Source: Lama glama (Eukaryota). Taken from it: 64,000 nucleotides of DNA. The notes below the pieces were generated by a model that was not told the origin of the DNA, searched no databases, and saw only the letters and a program-made list of their open reading frames with translations. The position numbers were made by a program, and so were the translations under genes. Shown here one piece after another: positions 48,951-61,810 of the stretch (the stretch's first letter is position 1; every line of letters begins with the position of its first letter). The stretch lies in contig CM052820.1 of assembly GCA_028534125.1 (NCBI GenBank), forward strand, positions 9,796,001 to 9,860,000, read 5' to 3'.

Positions 48951-49979
48951 GGCAGTGATGTCTCATCCAGGTAAACAACCATAACACAAACCAGAGAGAG
49001 AGCAACTCCATGAGAGATGCACATAGAATATCGCGGGAATTCAAAGAAGGAAGACGTGGCCTCGAGAGCAACAGCAAAGGGTGGTGACAAGGTGATTTTG
49101 GTTTTCTGGACTTCTGGAGTCAAGGGAGGTAGGCGGGAGGATTTGGATAGCTGGAGGTGGAGTGTGAAATCCCAGGGTGTGCTGAAGGAAGACACCAGGA
49201 GGCTAGGGTGCGTTTGCGCGTGCGTGTGTGTATGCGCACGCGTGTGTGGTATCGCAGAGAGCAGCGAGACGACAATGACAATATGACTTTAAATGCTATT
49301 CTGAGAAAGGTTGTAAGCAGTTGTAGGTGGGAGTATTTCCTTCTTTTATGTAAGTTCTAACTTCCATTCTTTAAAGACAAAAGCGCCCATCTGTAAGTGA
49401 GAGTAAGAGCTGCTTCTGAACGTGCATAATCCCACATTGCTGCTTTAGCAGACCTTGCTATTTATCTACCAAAAAAAAAATGTATTTTCCTACCGAGTCA
49501 CGTTTTAATGTCAGATGTAGGCTAACTGCTCCCAGGCCTATCTAGCCCGGGGGTGTGGGGTCACGTGTGCCACTTTACCACTGAAACCCAAACCTTCATG
49601 ATTCAGTGTCTCCATCTACTCAAGTAGGATTTATGTCCCCTGCAGAGTCGCTGCCCAGATTTTCCCTTGAGTCCCGAGGAAGGCACATCAGCTATGTCCA
49701 CACCAGTCATCCTTGCTGGCACGGCTGTGCCTTCCCTCTTCTGCCGGACACTGCAGTCTTCACAGTGCCTTGGACTCTGTGTTTTGGTCCAAGCCCCCTG
49801 CCTATGGCTCCAAACTCAGAGTCCCTAGTTTCCAAATTGGCTGCATTCCTTTCAGTCCTCCCAGCAGTGGAGCCTCACAGGACAGAGACAAAGACATCCT
49901 CTCTTCTGAGGGCTAAGACCTGTGGGGGAGGGCTGGGAACCAGAAGCCCAAGCACAGCCAAAGGACTGGCATCATAACA

Positions 49980-52125
49980 GATCCCATTTAGATTGATACC
50001 CGTTTGTGGTTAGGGAACCGAGGATGAATGTTATAAACCCCAGTGATGACAAGGTGACAGTGACAGTGTGATGGAATGGAGGTCATGTACATGCTGTGAT
50101 TTCCTGATCTTTCAGATGAAGAGATGAAATGTATCATTTTATAGCTGATAAAGAAAATGGTAGAAGTAAAAGTATATTTAAAGTAGAGGTATAAAGATAA
50201 ATATAAAATTGAATAATGGGAGAGGGAGGAAGTAAGTATAATAATTCTGATCTACTGGTTGCCTTTGTAACTGCAACTCTGCCACGGTTTAACATGATGA
50301 GGAGAGCAATTAAGAGCGAGGATCCAACAGTTTTGAGTCTACATAACGTAGCAGCCACACGCATAAAGAAAAAATTTCAGTACGAGATTAGGCGCAATGC
50401 TTTATAGGAAGAGCCTTCTGTGCATTCTCTTAGTCCTTGGCAGATCAAGTAAATGGAAAGCAATAAAAAGCTATAGAAGACCTAAACAGCAAAATTAACA
50501 AGGGAAATCCAATTGATATATATCGTATTCAGCTCCATAAATACGAAGCAGACATTTTCCCCCAGGTGGCCATGGAGTGTTTGCCAAAAAATAACCATAT
50601 ATTAGGATACAGAGAAAACTAAGTGAAGTCCAAAAAGCAGAATCTGTACAAAAATCATCTAATTGTAATGGAAAAAATTAGAAGAAAACAAATAACAAAA
50701 GGACTACTCATCTGGAAAAAATTTTTTTAAGTTTCTTAGGTAACACGAAGTCAAAGAGGAATACAAAACCAAAACTGCAGAATATCTAGGAAATAATGAA
50801 AGTTAAAACACTACATACCAGAACTTACGTTGTAAAACTATACATTCTACTCCATTCTATTTGTAGAAAATAAAAAAGAAAACAAATTAACCAAGAGAAG
50901 AAAATAAACCAAAGGAAATGTAGAGGGAGAAAGTTATCAAAGAAGAAAGCAAAATTGATTAATGAGGGAAAAAAGAAGATTATAGTAAAAAAACAAACCA
51001 GATTTACAAACTTGGTAGTAATGGATAATTTTTCTAGGATAACAATTTATGAAAACTGACCCCAAAATAGATAGGAGATGGGAACATTAGAAAATGACAA
51101 CAAAAAGAAAGCTAACAACTCATAATTTGGAAACTAAGTAAATGTATTATTAAATAACTCCCAAGTTAACAAGGAAATTATAAAGAAAATTTAAAAATAT
51201 TTAGTACTGAAAGATATGAAAATACTAGAGTCCAAAATTTGTGGGACAACACACACACTTGTACTCAAATGTTTACAGAAGATTTATTCACATGAAATTG
51301 GAAACAAATCAAATGTCCATCAACAGGTGAACAGCTAAACAAATTGTGGTAAATTCAATGGAATCATATTTAGAAATAAAAAGGAAAGAACAATTGGTAC
51401 ATGCAACAATAGGGATGGAGCCCCAAACCATCATGCGGAGAAAAAAAGATCAGTCATAGAAGAGTACATTCTAGATGATTCCACTTAAATAAAGAGAGAT
51501 ATGATTGTCATTACTTGCTGTTGTTATGATCACCAATATAGAAAAATAAGAGCCTGGGCCAATTTTTAGAACTAATAAGAGAGAGTGGAACACGATTGCT
51601 GGACACCAAGTCATCCCATAAAAATCTATAGCAGTTCACAACAATATTATCCAACCAGATAATGTAATTGAAAAACTGCCCTATTCACAATAGCAAATGA
51701 TACAGTTTCTAGGAGTTAGCCTGACCAAGAGTTCCTAAGACCTTTATGGAGAAAATAGTAAAAGACATAGAAGACGTTCAGGGAAATGGGAGAGATATCC
51801 ATTCTCTGGGTTGGGACAAATTTACCTACAATTTCAGTGTAACTCTAATCAAAATTACATTCGGATTTCTAAAAAGAAACTTAATAAACTTAATAAACTT
51901 ACCCTAAAATGTATATGGAGGAATAAAGGTCTACAGATTGTTAATTAAAAAATAGAAAGTAGGTGTGTGACTTGTCCTATCAGTTATCATGACACACTTC
52001 CTACATTTAGAAAAACAAGAGAAATATTAATACCAAATCATTTCATCAGACCAATGATCAGAATGAAGAGCTGAAGGCCAGGAATGTTTAGTTTTTATAA
52101 ATTATATTTAAAGAAGAAAAACTAC
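49980..52125 (+). mobile_element. Old degenerate L1 (L1M/L1ME) ORF2 and 3' fragments
   Basis: A-rich strand with L1 motifs (aaatgtccatcaacaggtga, aaatgggagagatatccattctctgg, tgtatatggaggaataaagg); no open frame. Confidence 0.7.
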
Positions 52126-52162
52126 AATATTAGGGTTCTCCAGAGAAATAGATCCAATGGGA

Positions 52163-52164
<2 letters not shown>

Positions 52165-52194
<30 letters not shown>

Positions 52195-52212
52195 CATCTA
52201 TCTATCTATCCA
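52165..52212. repeat. (TCTG)n(TCTA)n compound microsatellite
   Basis: Direct tandem array within MLT2. Confidence 0.9.
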
Positions 52213-52251
52213 TATATAGAGAGATTTATTCTAAGGAGTTGGTTCAAATGA

Positions 52252-52800
52252 TGTCAAGAGTTTAGCTAAGCTACCTCATGTCATTGCTGTCTTGGCATCC
52301 ATTTTATTTGTCCAGGTTGCCTGTAGGGGCCTTAAACTGATGATAGCCCCTCATGTAAGCACATGCCCTAGAAAACAACCTGCTGGGTCCCAAATAAACT
52401 CAAGTTCCTGATCTGACTTCCTCAAGGCTCTTGTTACAGTTTTCCCCACTCCCAGGATCTTCCCCTGGGCACCCCTTACATAAGACCCCTGTAGAACTTA
52501 TCAAAACCCCACTCTTTCTGGTTTGAATTGACCAGTCTGGCCTTAGCCTAGGTCCCCCAAAGCACTCCACCCATTTAATAGTAATAAAGGCACCTGCCCC
52601 AGGTCCCATCTCTGTCTCCTCTTCCCCCCTGCTTTGACCTCCCTGTGTGGCCCTTTGAGATCTGCTGTGTACTTCCTCCAGGACCCGTGAGTAATAAACA
52701 TCTCTATTTCAACTTCTCCTGTGGTCTTTTGTTGAACTGTGGCTCACCATCCAGCACCCTGAGGCTCTACTTAACAAATATTGATTTAACAGTCATAACA
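52252..52800 (+). mobile_element. ERV solo LTR nested in MLT2
   Basis: TG...CA termini, internal gtaataaag and gagtaataaac signals, degenerate 5-bp flanks aatga / cataa. Confidence 0.65.
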
Positions 52801-53149
52801 CATAATTACAGAGGCTGGCAAATCCAAAATCTGCAGGGCGAACCAGTAAACTGGAGATCCATGAAAGAGCTGCCTATGCTGCAGGTCAAGCTTGAAGACT
52901 ACCTGCTGCAGAATTCCCTCTTGCTCAGAAGAGGTCCAGCTCTAGTTCTAATTGTGCCTTCAACTGATTGGATGAGGCCCACCCACATGCTGGAGGGCAG
53001 TCTGCTTTACTCAAATCCACCAATTTAAATGTTAATCTCAAAAACACCCTCACATAAAACATCCAGAATAATATTTGATCACATATCTGAGCACTGTGCC
53101 TGGTCAAACTGATGCATAAAGTTAACCCTCACCTCTACACATCCAATTA

Positions 53150-55450
53150 AACTTGGATATAGAAAAACTTGGAGAAAAAAACATGTAGCTCCTTTCCAGG
53201 TGTCTCAAATAAAGGTGAATTTTAAATGGGTTTAATTAGATAATTAAATTTCGAAGAAAATTTAGTAGGAAGAAACACAGGTTATCTTTGTTACCTAGCA
53301 CAGAGAAGAAATTTTAAAATAAAATGTCAAAAGCAAGATCATAAGCTAAAAATCTGAGCTATTTGATTACATCAGAATTAAAGATTTCTATTCAACAAGG
53401 GTCCTCATGACCAAAGTGGCTAGATCAATGACAGAATAAGAGAAGGTATTTGCAATGTCTAAGCCAAGGACTCATATCTAGATTAATCAAGAAACTTTTG
53501 AAAAGCAAAAAGAAAAACATAGCAAGTCCAATTAGAAAGTGGGCAAAGGATATGAACAGGCAGGATGCTGATGAGGACACCTCAAAAGCTAACTAGTATT
53601 TGAAGAGGAATAAAAATCAAAATTAATGCAGCAGTAGTATATGGTGTATACCTACTGGGCTGACAACAGTTAGAAAACTAGATAGTCAGGGGTTCATGAA
53701 ACAAAAATCCTTATATACTGCTGGTATATGCTTATATACTGCTGGTATATCCTATATATACTGAAATGGCCATTTCAGTCAGCTTAGACAGACACATACC
53801 CTATGATTAGGAAGTCCACCAGATGAATTCTCACATAGGTTCCTAAGGAGCCATGTACAAGGATGTTGATTGCAGAGCCACTTGTGGTGTCAGGGGACCT
53901 GGGTGCCCATTAGCCAAGGGTAGAGATGTACCACCTTGAAGTTTACTGCACAATTGGAGGCAGTGGACCCCATGTTTGCACAGTGACATGGATGGGTCTT
54001 AAAACACAGTGCTAGAGAAACAAGGTAACAAATGGAATGAGACCTACAGGTCGGCTCTTGGTGTCCTTAGGTTCTGCACCCGTAGATGTGCAGGGCCGAG
54101 TGCACTTAGCCGTTTTATACAAAAGGACTTGAGCATCATTGGATTTTGGTATCCATGGGCGTCCCAGTCCCCTGGGGATCCCGTGGGATGATGATAGAAC
54201 AATAGCATTTCCGTGAATCAAAAAATGCCGGCGCAGAAAAACAATGCACAATTTTCAAGGACATTTTTTTTTTTAGAAAGACATTCATTCAACATGTTAG
54301 AATGGTTGCCTCGATAAGGGGGAGGGGGAGAGGAGGGAGCATGAGGGTGAAAAGGAAGAGATATTTGGAAAGAATAAACTAGAGGGGCCTTGTGAAAGCA
54401 ACGATTATCATGTGTCATGAATCGAAGGGTCTGATAAACCTAACATTCTGTTCCTGAGGCTTAAAAAAACAGAACAGAACTGAAATATAAACTAGACAAA
54501 TAATGTAAACAAAATAGAGAAGTTTGTGAAAGCAAAACCTTGGAAAGCCCCAGGGCCAGATGGTTTCACAGAGAGGTCCTACCACAGCGTTAAGGAACAG
54601 AAGACAGCTCCTGAGTTGCTCAGCTGTTTCTGAGCAGAAAAAGAGAATGCTTCTAAAGTGAGTTTTAGAAGGCCAGGATCATATTGTCCTCACAGCCCAA
54701 CAACGGGAGCACAAAAAAGAGAGCCATGAATGATACGACGTGGCTATCAAATGCAAAAAGCCTAAACAGAATATTAGCAGACAGACTCCAACAGCACACT
54801 AAAAAAATAGTCCACCACGATGAAGGGTTTATTTTGGGGACAGAAGGTTGATTTTCAGGTAGGAAGTTTAACATAACTTAGCAAATCAGTAGTTGGAACT
54901 ATGAAGGTCATTTGTCCCAAGATATATGGAGAAGGTATTTGATAATATTTAATATTCATTTTTTTTAATTCAAAAAGGCTCCATAACAAAACAGAAAGGA
55001 ATGGAAACCTGTATAGTCATCAGTGGGACCAGTTATGTAAATTAAGATGCAGACATAATGAAACGTTCTGTGCTGGTAAGAGAGAGAAAGAGAAAGTCTT
55101 TATTTCTGATGTGGAAAGATCTTCAAGATACATTGTTAAATGGAAAAGTAAGATGCATCAGAGGAAGTACTGTATATTAACAGTATGTAGGGAGAGGAGG
55201 AAAAAAAGATGTGTTTGTGTTGCCTTGCATATATAAATTTATAAACAATATCCAGAAGGATTAAAAAAAGTGAAAATCATGGTTCCTGGTGTGTGCGCGC
55301 ACACACGTGTGTGTTGGGGGAGGGGTGGGAACCGAACGGGTGAAGGAAGGCTTTTTATAGTATACTACTTTTTTGTACTTTTTGTTGTTTGAGTTAAATG
55401 AATCTGTTACTGATTCAAAATAATAGATAACTTGAAAAAGAAATTAAAAA
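53150..55450 (+). mobile_element. Old L1 (L1ME-like) fragments
   Basis: tttgattacatcagaattaaagatttcta, gaaagtgggcaaaggatatgaacaggca, cagggccagatggtttcacag, aaatgcaaaaagcctaaacagaatattagc. Confidence 0.7.
54045..54195. mobile_element. MER2/Tigger-type TcMar DNA transposon fragment
   Basis: tacaggtcggc...ggttctgcacccgtagat...ggacttgagcatcattggattttggtatcc. Confidence 0.7.
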
Positions 55451-56094
55451 CTTGTGCTACGATGATTAGCTGTGCTGTCTGTCACTCTGAGTGGTAGTCC
55501 TTCCAGTGGTGCTTTCTGATACAGTCTTGGATTAAATTGAAAAATAAATAAATGGTCATGATTCTTTTGGAAATGTAACCATCAGATTGTAAAACCTGGA
55601 GTGGACTTGAATGATCAACTGCTGAAACCCAAAGCCTCATTTGCCAAGTGAGAAACGTGACACCCAGAGAAGGTAAGTGGTCTGGTTTACCTACCGTCAG
55701 AGTTCAGGTGTCTTGCATTTTCTTATTGGTTTCCTGGCAACTTTAGTTATCATTTGTATGATTCATTTTAGGCTATTCTGTCGCCCTGTTCTTAGTTAGG
55801 TGGCTTTTTCTCAGTATTTATTGTGTAGTCACTACTTCATGTTTCTTCCAAACTCGTTTTCTCCCAGTGGGGAATTAGGTCCTGAAATTCATGGCCAAAG
55901 ATTGAACAACAACTAAACTTACCTGTATACAGAAACATTTTGCTTGGGGTCCTATTCTGAAGTTATGGATTATATGAAACTCCAAGGAATAGGAAATTAA
56001 TTCCAGTAATTTGGGGACTCCGTGAGAGTTTGTTTTGTTTTGCTTTAACAAAAACAATAAATAATAAAACTAACATGTGTTCTCTTTATAAGAA

Positions 56095-56280
56095 AGGAAC
56101 TCAGTTAAGTGCTCTATGTGCCTTAACCCATTCAATCTTCATAATTGCCCTATGAAACAGATACTGTCATGAAACCCATTTTACAGAGGAAGGAACTGAG
56201 GCTTTACAGAGGCTAACTCAACTCAAGTTCACACAACTGGTCAGTAGTAGGGCGGAGTTGCAGTCATAGGAGGTTTAACA
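56095..56280 (-). mobile_element. MIR SINE
   Basis: cattcaatcttcataattgccctatga...cccattttacagaggaaggaactgaggc. Confidence 0.8.
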
Positions 56281-57032
56281 CCAAAATTACATCCTTTATT
56301 GTTTTTTGGGTACCCCTGTCATAAGGTTTTTTTTTTTTTTAAATGTATCTCCAGATCCAGTTTCCTTCCCCATTTCTCCTCTCATACCTACTGAGTTAGA
56401 AACATCTTCTATTTATGTTTTCATGAATTTCTGAATGCAGTGAGTTCAGATGGCAGTCTACCAACAGTTCTCTATTCATTGACACTTCATCTTGTCCAAG
56501 ACTCCATTTAAGAGGAAATCAGAAGGTTGCAAGTTTATTTCTCTTTGTCAGGAACTTTGGCAAGAACAATTTTGAGTGATAGTCATTTGTTAACATGAGA
56601 CTAAGTTAGGTTATAGCCATAAGAGCAATATGTTAATTTGTAAAGATTTTTTCCTTAAAGAAATTGGTTCCTGAGTGTTAAAATAACTCAAATGCATTAA
56701 AGGTTATGCATTATGACTTTTACAGAAATGCTGCTTGCATTGATTTTAAGTCAAAATAGTAAGTCAAATAAAGTCAATAATCGGCTGTCTAAATAAGGAT
56801 CTTAGGAGATCTCTTTAATACATAAAGATGATTTATAATGTACTCACCAGTAAGCATTTTAATGTTTATAACAAATAAATATTTTAAAGGGCTTAAAATA
56901 TTTTTCTTCAATGGTTTCGATATTTTTGGCCACCTCTTATTTACAAAAATATGGTTGATTTACTTATGTAGCAGGATGCTGAATTGGAGGTTTTACTGCA
57001 GTGTCAAGATATAACAAATGTTCACATCACAT

Positions 57033-57174
57033 NNNNNNNNNNNNNNNNNNNNNNNNNNNNNNNNNNNNNNNNNNNNNNNNNNNNNNNNNNNNNNNNNNNN
57101 NNNNNNNNNNNNNNNNNNNNNNNNNNNNNNNNNNNNNNNNNNNNNNNNNNNNNNNNNNNNNNNNNNNNNNNNNN
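57033..57174. other. Assembly gap (142 N)
   Basis: N run. Confidence 0.99.
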
Positions 57175-58168
57175 ACACAAGCAAACAAACAAAAAGAGAT
57201 AAATTGGACTTCATCAAAGTTAAAAACCTTTATGCCTCAGAGAACACTATCAAGAAAGTGAAATGACCACCCACCGTATGGGAGAAAGAATTTGCAAATC
57301 ATGTATCTGATAGGAGTCTGGGACTGAGAGTAAAGAACTCTTCCAAATCAACAACAAAAAGACATATTACTCAATTAAAAACCGGGCAAAAGATATGAAT
57401 AGACATTTCAGCAAAGAAGATATACAAAAGGCCAATTAGCCATCATAGAAATGCAAATTAAAATCATAATGATATACCATTTCACACCCCCTAAACTGGC
57501 TGTAATAAAAAAGACAGACAACAACAAACGTTGACAAAAATGCGGAGAAGACAACAAACGAAGACACAAATGCATGTGGGCTTGCAAAACGGTGTAGCAA
57601 TTTGAAAAAATAGGCTGGCAGTTTCTGAAAGTGTCAACATAGAGTTACCGTGTCACCCAGCAATTCCACTCAAGTATAAACCCAAGAGAACTGAAAACAT
57701 ATGTCCACACAAAAACTTGTACACGTCATTCGTAAGAGACAAAACGTGAAAACAACCTAAATGCCCATCAACTAATGAGTGGATAAACAGAACGTGGTAT
57801 ATCTATACAATGGTATTATTCAGCCACAAAAAGGCATGAGATACTGACATGTGCTACAATATGGATGAAACTTGAAAACACTATGTTAAGTAAAAGAAGC
57901 CACGTGTTGTATAATTCCACGTGTGTGAAATGTCCAGAATAGGCACATTTATAGAGATAGGAGGTAGACTAGTAGCTGCCGGGACTGCGGCGAGTGGAGA
58001 ATGAGGAGGGTCTGCTCACGGGTACCAGGATTCTTTTCGGGGTGATGGGAATGTTCAGGAGTTAGTGGCGATGGCTGCACAGCCTCATGGCTTAGAATCC
58101 ACTGAATTGCACACTTTAAATAAATGAATTTTATAATTTATGAATTATATCTTAATTTTAAAAAAAGA
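57175..58168 (+). mobile_element. L1 (L1MB-like) ORF2 end plus 3' UTR
   Basis: gataaattggacttcatcaaagttaaaaac (DKLDFIKVKN), ggagaaagaatttgcaaatcatgtatctga, cccagcaattccact, ggatgaaacttgaaaacactatg, A-rich end. Confidence 0.9.
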
Positions 58169-59761
58169 TGCAATAAATGTCCAATACCAAATTTACCTAC
58201 GAGCAGATCATCCACCCATAGGCACAGTTCGAAAGATACATTCTAGAATCAGCGATAATCTCTTACCCAAGTGACTCTCACCTGGAGGAAGGATATGAAA
58301 GGGTCAAGGACGTGGAAATTAGGGGATGATTTGTCAGGAGGAATTTGATGGTGAGAGCTATGCCGGAAGCCCCAAGCCTCCAAGGGCTGGGGTGCGGGGT
58401 ACTTTCCCCTTTGAGCTAAATCTAATCTCACTCGGAGAGCTGTGTGTCAGGCATTCCTGGGCACGGGGGTCAGGTGCCTGGCACAGACCTCAGCAAACCA
58501 AAGTGGTTGTGCCAGCAGATGAAGGACTACATCTAGGAACTACTGACCCTGACTTCTGATGCCTCCAGAGCCCAGCTGTGGAACCCCGGGCTGGAATAGC
58601 GTCCTGGGGATCCCAGCTGCGGAGAGTCCTTCTGGGAAAGGAAGATGACAGGGATGGAGCCGGGCCTGAAAAGAAGGCTCTGCTCCTGACAAATTTATAT
58701 CCAGACCATCCCAGGAACTGGTCTCCACTGAACCCATAAAAGCATCCTCAAGAGATAGTGTCAGCTTGAAACATCCCATAGTCCCAGGGGATATGGGACC
58801 GCTTTACGACAGTACTAAGCAAGTCAGAACTCTTCACCTGTGTACCCCTCCTCCATTCCTGCTTGGATCTTGGGAAGGCTGAGAAAGAGCAGCTGGTGAG
58901 TCAGGAAGGAAGTAGCGGGTGGAGAGAGAATGAGAATGACCCCACTGCTCCATCTCAAGTGGTCCCACCGAGACTCGTGGAGGGGGAGGACACACCACTG
59001 GTCGCTGGTGGATCCCTTTTCAAAGCCCTTAGCCATGCTGCTGTGCTGGGAGGGACGATGAACCTCTCTCTCCAGGAGACATCGACCCTTGATTCCTAGC
59101 AGTGAATTTAGAGCAGGCACGGCAGGGCAGTGATGTAACACAGAAGAAAGAGCCATTGTGCTAACGGAGCAGGAAGGAAGCGCCGCCTTGGGCGGACCTA
59201 CAGTGCCCCTCTAATCTCTGCGTCTTCCAGGAAATGTTCATTCGTGTGGAGGGTCTTTCCAAATGTCCAGCTCTGCCTTCCAGCAAGATAAACACTTTCC
59301 TGTACAAAAGTGAAAGAAAAAGAGGAAGCGCTTGCCAAGAAAATAACACAGAGCTAACAGCCTGATGAGCTGTTTCCTTAGCATTTTCTTAGCAGGTTGA
59401 TGACTGTGGAAAATATTCACCGATAAGCGCTTTCTCACCTGTAGCACCTCTACTACTGCATACGTTAATTTCTTTAACAAGTAATGATCAGCACTTTCTA
59501 CAGAGTGTCTTGATGTTAGAGGCTTCGTAGGTTTATTTCCGGAGGGGGTGTAATAACAAAGTGTATGTCGTGATAGCTTCTACAAGTTTATGTCATTCAT
59601 TAAAGTTTGGCAAAGGACCTAGCAGTGCACACACGTGTTTCTACCTAGGGTGGAAGGAGGGGCTTTGAAATATGATATTTGGTTAAATACTTGGTAAGTT
59701 AGCACAGAACTTCACAGTCACAAATGAGATAGTTCCAGGCGGCATTATTTTGACTGCTCTC

Positions 59762-59870
59762 TTTTTTCAATTAAAAAAATTTTTTAAAAAAGTGAAGGTA
59801 CTGGGGATTGAACCCAGGACCCTGTGCATGCTAAACATGCGCTCTACCACTGAGCTATACCCTCCCCCAC
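59762..59870 (-). mobile_element. tRNA-Ala-derived camelid SINE (vic-1 type) with TSD
   Basis: Reverse complement GGGGAGGGTATAGCTCAGTGGTAGAGCGCATGTTTAGCATGCACAGGGTCCTGGGTTCAATCCCCAGTACC; TSD ttgactgctctc / ttgactgttctc. Confidence 0.9.
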
Positions 59871-60654
59871 GTTGACTGTTCTCTTGAAGTACTCCCTTCA
59901 AAAAATAGTCATCTCTACCTACGATTAAGAAAGGATGCTTCTCATTCTGCATATTTTTATCAGTGAAGAGAAAAATAATTTTCACTGCATACGTACTCTA
60001 AAAAGAAACCTATTTCTAAGCTACATATTGAGCAATCATATTTACACTATTTTGACCATGCAGCCCAATGAAATCGGAATCAGTAGATTCTGGTGTGTAA
60101 ACCCTGATCTAGTCCTGTCCTCATATTTTGCAGAGAAGGACACTGAAGCCCAGACATGAAGTGTCAAAGGTGAGTTTGTCTAATTCTAAGGCCAGCCCGC
60201 CATCCAGTGCCTGATGCTGCCGGCAGATTGGAAGTACCTGGAATGTGGCCAAAACCATCCATCAGACGTCTTGAACAATTTCCTCAAAGCTCTTACTCAA
60301 AGTCAACTTGGCCTAAACAGTAGGAATTACAGTGGCGAAGTCCATTTTGTCTGCTAGCTTTGTTCCTTCCGATTGAGGAAAAGAGGAAAGGAACTTTATA
60401 GCTCGCCCTGGATCGGCAGACATCATCACGACACTGTGATTTCAGCCTCTCTACACCTGGATGGTCTGGGGCTGCAGCAGCTTGTTGATAGCTGTGAATT
60501 TGCAGCGTTTCACCTTGCTACCTGTTGTTCAGGACCAGGATGATCTTAATGGACTTTGGCCCACATGGATCCTATAGAAGCCTGCTCTGTCCTTCCCCTC
60601 CTCCAAGCCAACACATCAAAAGTCAGAAGGAATCAGGAACCAGTCTGCGAGTAG

Positions 60655-60957
60655 TCAGCAGTGGCGTTTCCTAGACCGGCTGTTGGCATTCTTTGTTCAT
60701 AAAGCATCTGATGATGGAGGAAGGAAGCCTGGATTCAGCTTCACTGGGCCAAAATCAAGATGTCAGTTCCCTTGGTGTTTCCAGTGAGGGATCACATTCA
60801 GAGCCGACCTGAGTGATTCAGGATAATCTCCCCAGCTCGAGAGCCTTAGCTTAATCACACCTGCAAAGTCTCTTTTGCCATATAAGGTAACTTTCCCAGG
60901 TTCCAAGAATTACAACCTCAGTACCTTTGGTGGGGCCATCATTCAACCGACCACAGT
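60655..60957 (-). mobile_element. MLT1 (MaLR) LTR fragment
   Basis: caggataatctccc...cttaatcacacctgcaaagtctcttttgccatataaggtaac...ggggccatcattcaaccgaccaca. Confidence 0.75.
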
Positions 60958-61619
60958 CTGCAAGGTCAGCGAGCCTCCTCACGGGTTTACATGAACGCCC
61001 TCTTTTTAAGCCTAATTTTAAGCATGATTAATTCTACAGGGCCATTGGGTATGACCACTGCTTCAATGTGCTGTGGGATCCTAGAGCCCCAGAGAAGTTT
61101 ATCTACTTTCCAAAAGGCGTAATTTATATCCAAGTTGGGGCTTGGGAACCGGACTAGATTTTTATCCGTAAGGGCCACTACCAAGACTTTATATTCAGCC
61201 TGCACAGCTTCTGGGGGAGGCCATGTTTGTCTGACTCTGTGCAGAGATGAGGGATTTTTCCTTTCTTCTCTGTGCTCTTCATTTTCCCAAATGCAAGTCT
61301 AATCACTGCACAGGAGCACTGACTGGAAGCCTTGTTGGCCGGGATCCTTCTGGACCTCAGCAGGACCTGGAAGGATCCTGTGTGAAGCTCTGGGCTTGGC
61401 TGCTTTCCACTCTGCAGTTGGGAGCCCCACCTCTGTCACTGGCCAGTGAACGCCCTCTCCGTCTTCTCGGTCCAGCCTTTAGATTTAACCCATGAGTGCC
61501 CGTCAGGTCTGGTGTCAGGGATGCTATACCTGGAGGAGGGGTGAGTGAATCTTATGCCATGAATGATCCAGATGATGTCAGAGGAGGAAACTGGCTTACA
61601 ATCGAAGGATCCAGGATCT

Positions 61620-61810
61620 GGAGTTAGATCCCCTAAGCCTGAAGCTGGTCTGTGTGATCCAGGACAAGTTGAGAAACCTCTGGGAGCCTTGGTTTCCTTA
61701 CCTGTAACTTGGGGGATCGTTGCATTTCTCATCTAGGGTTCCTGCAAAGATTGAATGCTGTAATCTTGAGTCAAACTCTTAGCACAATGCCTGGCATCTG
61801 GAAGCACTCA
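61620..61810 (+). mobile_element. MIR SINE
   Basis: tgtgtgatccaggacaagtt...cctctgggagccttggtttccttacctgtaa...cttagcacaatgcctggca. Confidence 0.75.

Larger units (their letters stand above)
52128..53132 (-). mobile_element. MLT2 (ERVL) LTR, split by a nested LTR
   Basis: tattagggttctccagagaaa...gagatttattctaaggagttgg, resuming at gaggctggcaaatccaaaatctgcagg...ttcaactgattggatgaggcccacccaca...aaagttaacc. Confidence 0.85.

Noticed and set aside
59795-59868. tRNA-Ala-like sequences as genuine tRNA genes (also ~7961, ~15336, ~45396)
   Set aside because: A-rich tails, target-site duplications and stem/anticodon-arm mutations show they are SINE copies
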